15,092 nt of DNA from Okeania sp. (GTDB taxonomy: Bacteria > Cyanobacteriota > Cyanobacteriia > Cyanobacteriales > Microcoleaceae), in contig NZ_JAYKGW010000149.1 in assembly GCF_035285525.1 (NCBI RefSeq), positions 1 to 15,092 on the forward strand. The letters run 5' to 3'. Made by a program: the position numbers and the translations under genes. Of this stretch, positions 13,761 to 15,092 are shown one piece after another (position 1 is the first letter of the stretch; each line of letters begins with the position of its first letter). Below the pieces are notes generated by a model. The model was not told where the DNA came from. It made no database searches and saw only the letters and a program-made list of their open reading frames with translations.

Positions 13761-15086
13761 CTAAGGTAATTCATGTTCATTCCTGCTTTTTTCTGCCGCT
13801 TCACTGTCACCTAGCTGCTCAAAAACATAGGCTATTTTTTCATAAGCTTTATCATAGTCTGGTTTAATTTGTATTGCTTGTCTTAAACATTCTACAGCAT
13901 CAGACCAATTTTTTTGTTGAATATATACTTCTCCTAATAATGTATACAACCAAAAAGAATTAGGATTAATTTCTATAGCTTTTCGATAACTAATAATAGC
14001 CTCATTTAATCTTCCTATATTCCTTAAACAATTTGCCAAGTTACGATGAAATAAAAAATTATCTGCTTCTAATTCTATGGCTTGATTATAAGCCTTAATT
14101 GCTGACTTCCATTTTTTTTGTTCACTTAGTGCTTCCCCTAATTTGTAGTAAAATTTTGCAAAATTAGGATTTAGTTTAAGACCTTTGCGGTACACAACAA
14201 CTGCTTGATTTATTTTCCCTTGGTTGACCAATATTTCTCCAATTTTACAGTAAATATTCCAAATATTAGGATTACTTTTAATCAGTTTTTTATAACAAGT
14301 AAGTGCTGGCTTTAACTTACCTTGTTCATATAAAACATCTGCTAAATGTTTCTGAGACCAAGGAAATTTTGGATTAATTTCTATAGCACGTTCAAATGCT
14401 TTTACTGCATCATTTAACTTACCTATTTCTCGAAAAAGTTTTCCTATTTTATAAAAAATCGACCAATTTTCAGGTAATAATCTAGTTAAATTTTGATAAC
14501 AATCAATAGCTGACTCTAATTCTCCCTTATCTACTAAAATTTCTGCTAACTTTAAATAAGCTTCTGATAAATTAGGATTTAATTCTATCACCTCACGATA
14601 ATCAGCGATCGCCTCTTCAATTTTTCCGTTACTAAATTGAATATTTCCTTGAATTAGCTTTTCTAATGCTTTTTTTTCTAACTCTATTTTTTGTCCGTAA
14701 TACCAATATTGTTTGGCTAAAGAAAAATATCCTACCTGTTGACAAACTCGCGATAAATTCCGATAAACAATATCCAAATTTGGTTGTAATTCTAGAGCTT
14801 TTTCATAAAAATTTATCGCTGGTTGCCACTTTTCTTGTTTAGCATATAAACTGCCAATATTTGTATAAACTTCCGGCCAATTTGGTTGCTGGATAATTGC
14901 TTGTACATACCAATTTATTGCTTCATCTAACTTTCCCATAGCTTGAAATATATTGCCCATACTTTGGCAAGCTAAAGGATAGAAAGGTAATATTTCTAGA
15001 GCTTTTTCACAAGTCAAATAAGCTGCATCTAATTTTTCTGCTTTTAAATAAGATTCTGCTTCTTGACATAAATTAAAGGCTGACAT
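13761..15086 (-). CDS. TPR-repeat protein, 441 aa, no catalytic domain
   Basis: Uninterrupted ORF of TPR repeats. The N-terminus MSAFNLCQEAESYLKAEKLDAAY is colinear with the N-termini of the three downstream paralogues, which supports ATG 15086 as the true start, although only 6 nt of upstream context are in the window. Confidence 0.85.
   Translation of the reverse strand: MSAFNLCQEAESYLKAEKLDAAYLTCEKALEILPFYPLACQSMGNIFQAMGKLDEAINWYVQAIIQQPNWPEVYTNIGSLYAKQEKWQPAINFYEKALELQPNLDIVYRNLSRVCQQVGYFSLAKQYWYYGQKIELEKKALEKLIQGNIQFSNGKIEEAIADYREVIELNPNLSEAYLKLAEILVDKGELESAIDCYQNLTRLLPENWSIFYKIGKLFREIGKLNDAVKAFERAIEINPKFPWSQKHLADVLYEQGKLKPALTCYKKLIKSNPNIWNIYCKIGEILVNQGKINQAVVVYRKGLKLNPNFAKFYYKLGEALSEQKKWKSAIKAYNQAIELEADNFLFHRNLANCLRNIGRLNEAIISYRKAIEINPNSFWLYTLLGEVYIQQKNWSDAVECLRQAIQIKPDYDKAYEKIAYVFEQLGDSEAAEKSRNEHELP
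14605..14612. repeat. HIP1 octamer GCGATCGC
   Basis: Exact match; encodes A159-I160-A161 of the 441-aa protein. Confidence 0.95.
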
Positions 15087-15092
15087 TTCTGG

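Noticed and set aside
7598-15086. Lower GC of the TPR array (sampled 60-nt lines about 25-37% versus 35-53% in ilvC, the GT2 gene and the 526-aa gene) as evidence of horizontal acquisition
   Set aside because: TPR proteins here are rich in K, N, I, Y, E and F, whose codons are AT-rich. HIP1 sites are present inside the array, which argues for long residence in a cyanobacterial genome. The composition difference alone is not diagnostic.
1-15092. Search for tRNA, rRNA, transposase or integrase genes
   Set aside because: I saw no T-loop or acceptor-stem pattern; the only TTCGAAT string (5178-5184) is inside the symporter ORF. There are no rRNA-like conserved blocks and no ORF with DDE or tyrosine-recombinase motifs. 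The mobile elements present are all non-autonomous.

Overview
This 15.1-kb, AT-rich window looks like chromosomal DNA from a cyanobacterium, probably a filamentous Nostocales-type organism. That assignment is an inference from seven perfect HIP1 octamers (GCGATCGC), several heptamer STRR-type tandem repeats and multiple small MITE/SDR-like palindromic elements; it was not checked against any database. Left to right the window holds: a 526-aa orphan protein (-); an 825-bp repeat-filled divergent intergenic region; ilvC (+, ketol-acid reductoisomerase, the only clear housekeeping gene); a gene-free stretch of small repeats; a PD-(D/E)XK-nuclease-like pseudogene with three independent lesions, one of them a 113-bp element insertion flanked by a 6-bp target duplication; the C-terminal remnant of a sodium:solute symporter bracketed by heptamer arrays; a GT2 glycosyltransferase (+); and a small two-TM protein (-). 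The most interesting part is a tandem minus-strand array of four paralogous TPR genes at 7598-15086. All four share the same N-terminal TPR module but end differently. Two carry a PAPS-type carbohydrate-sulfotransferase domain similar to HS3ST/NDST. One is a pseudogene with three in-frame nonsense codons and a glycosyltransferase-like non-TPR tail. One is TPR-only. I found no rRNA, tRNA, CRISPR array or transposase ORF. All functional calls rest on motifs I recognise by eye, and none was confirmed by a search.
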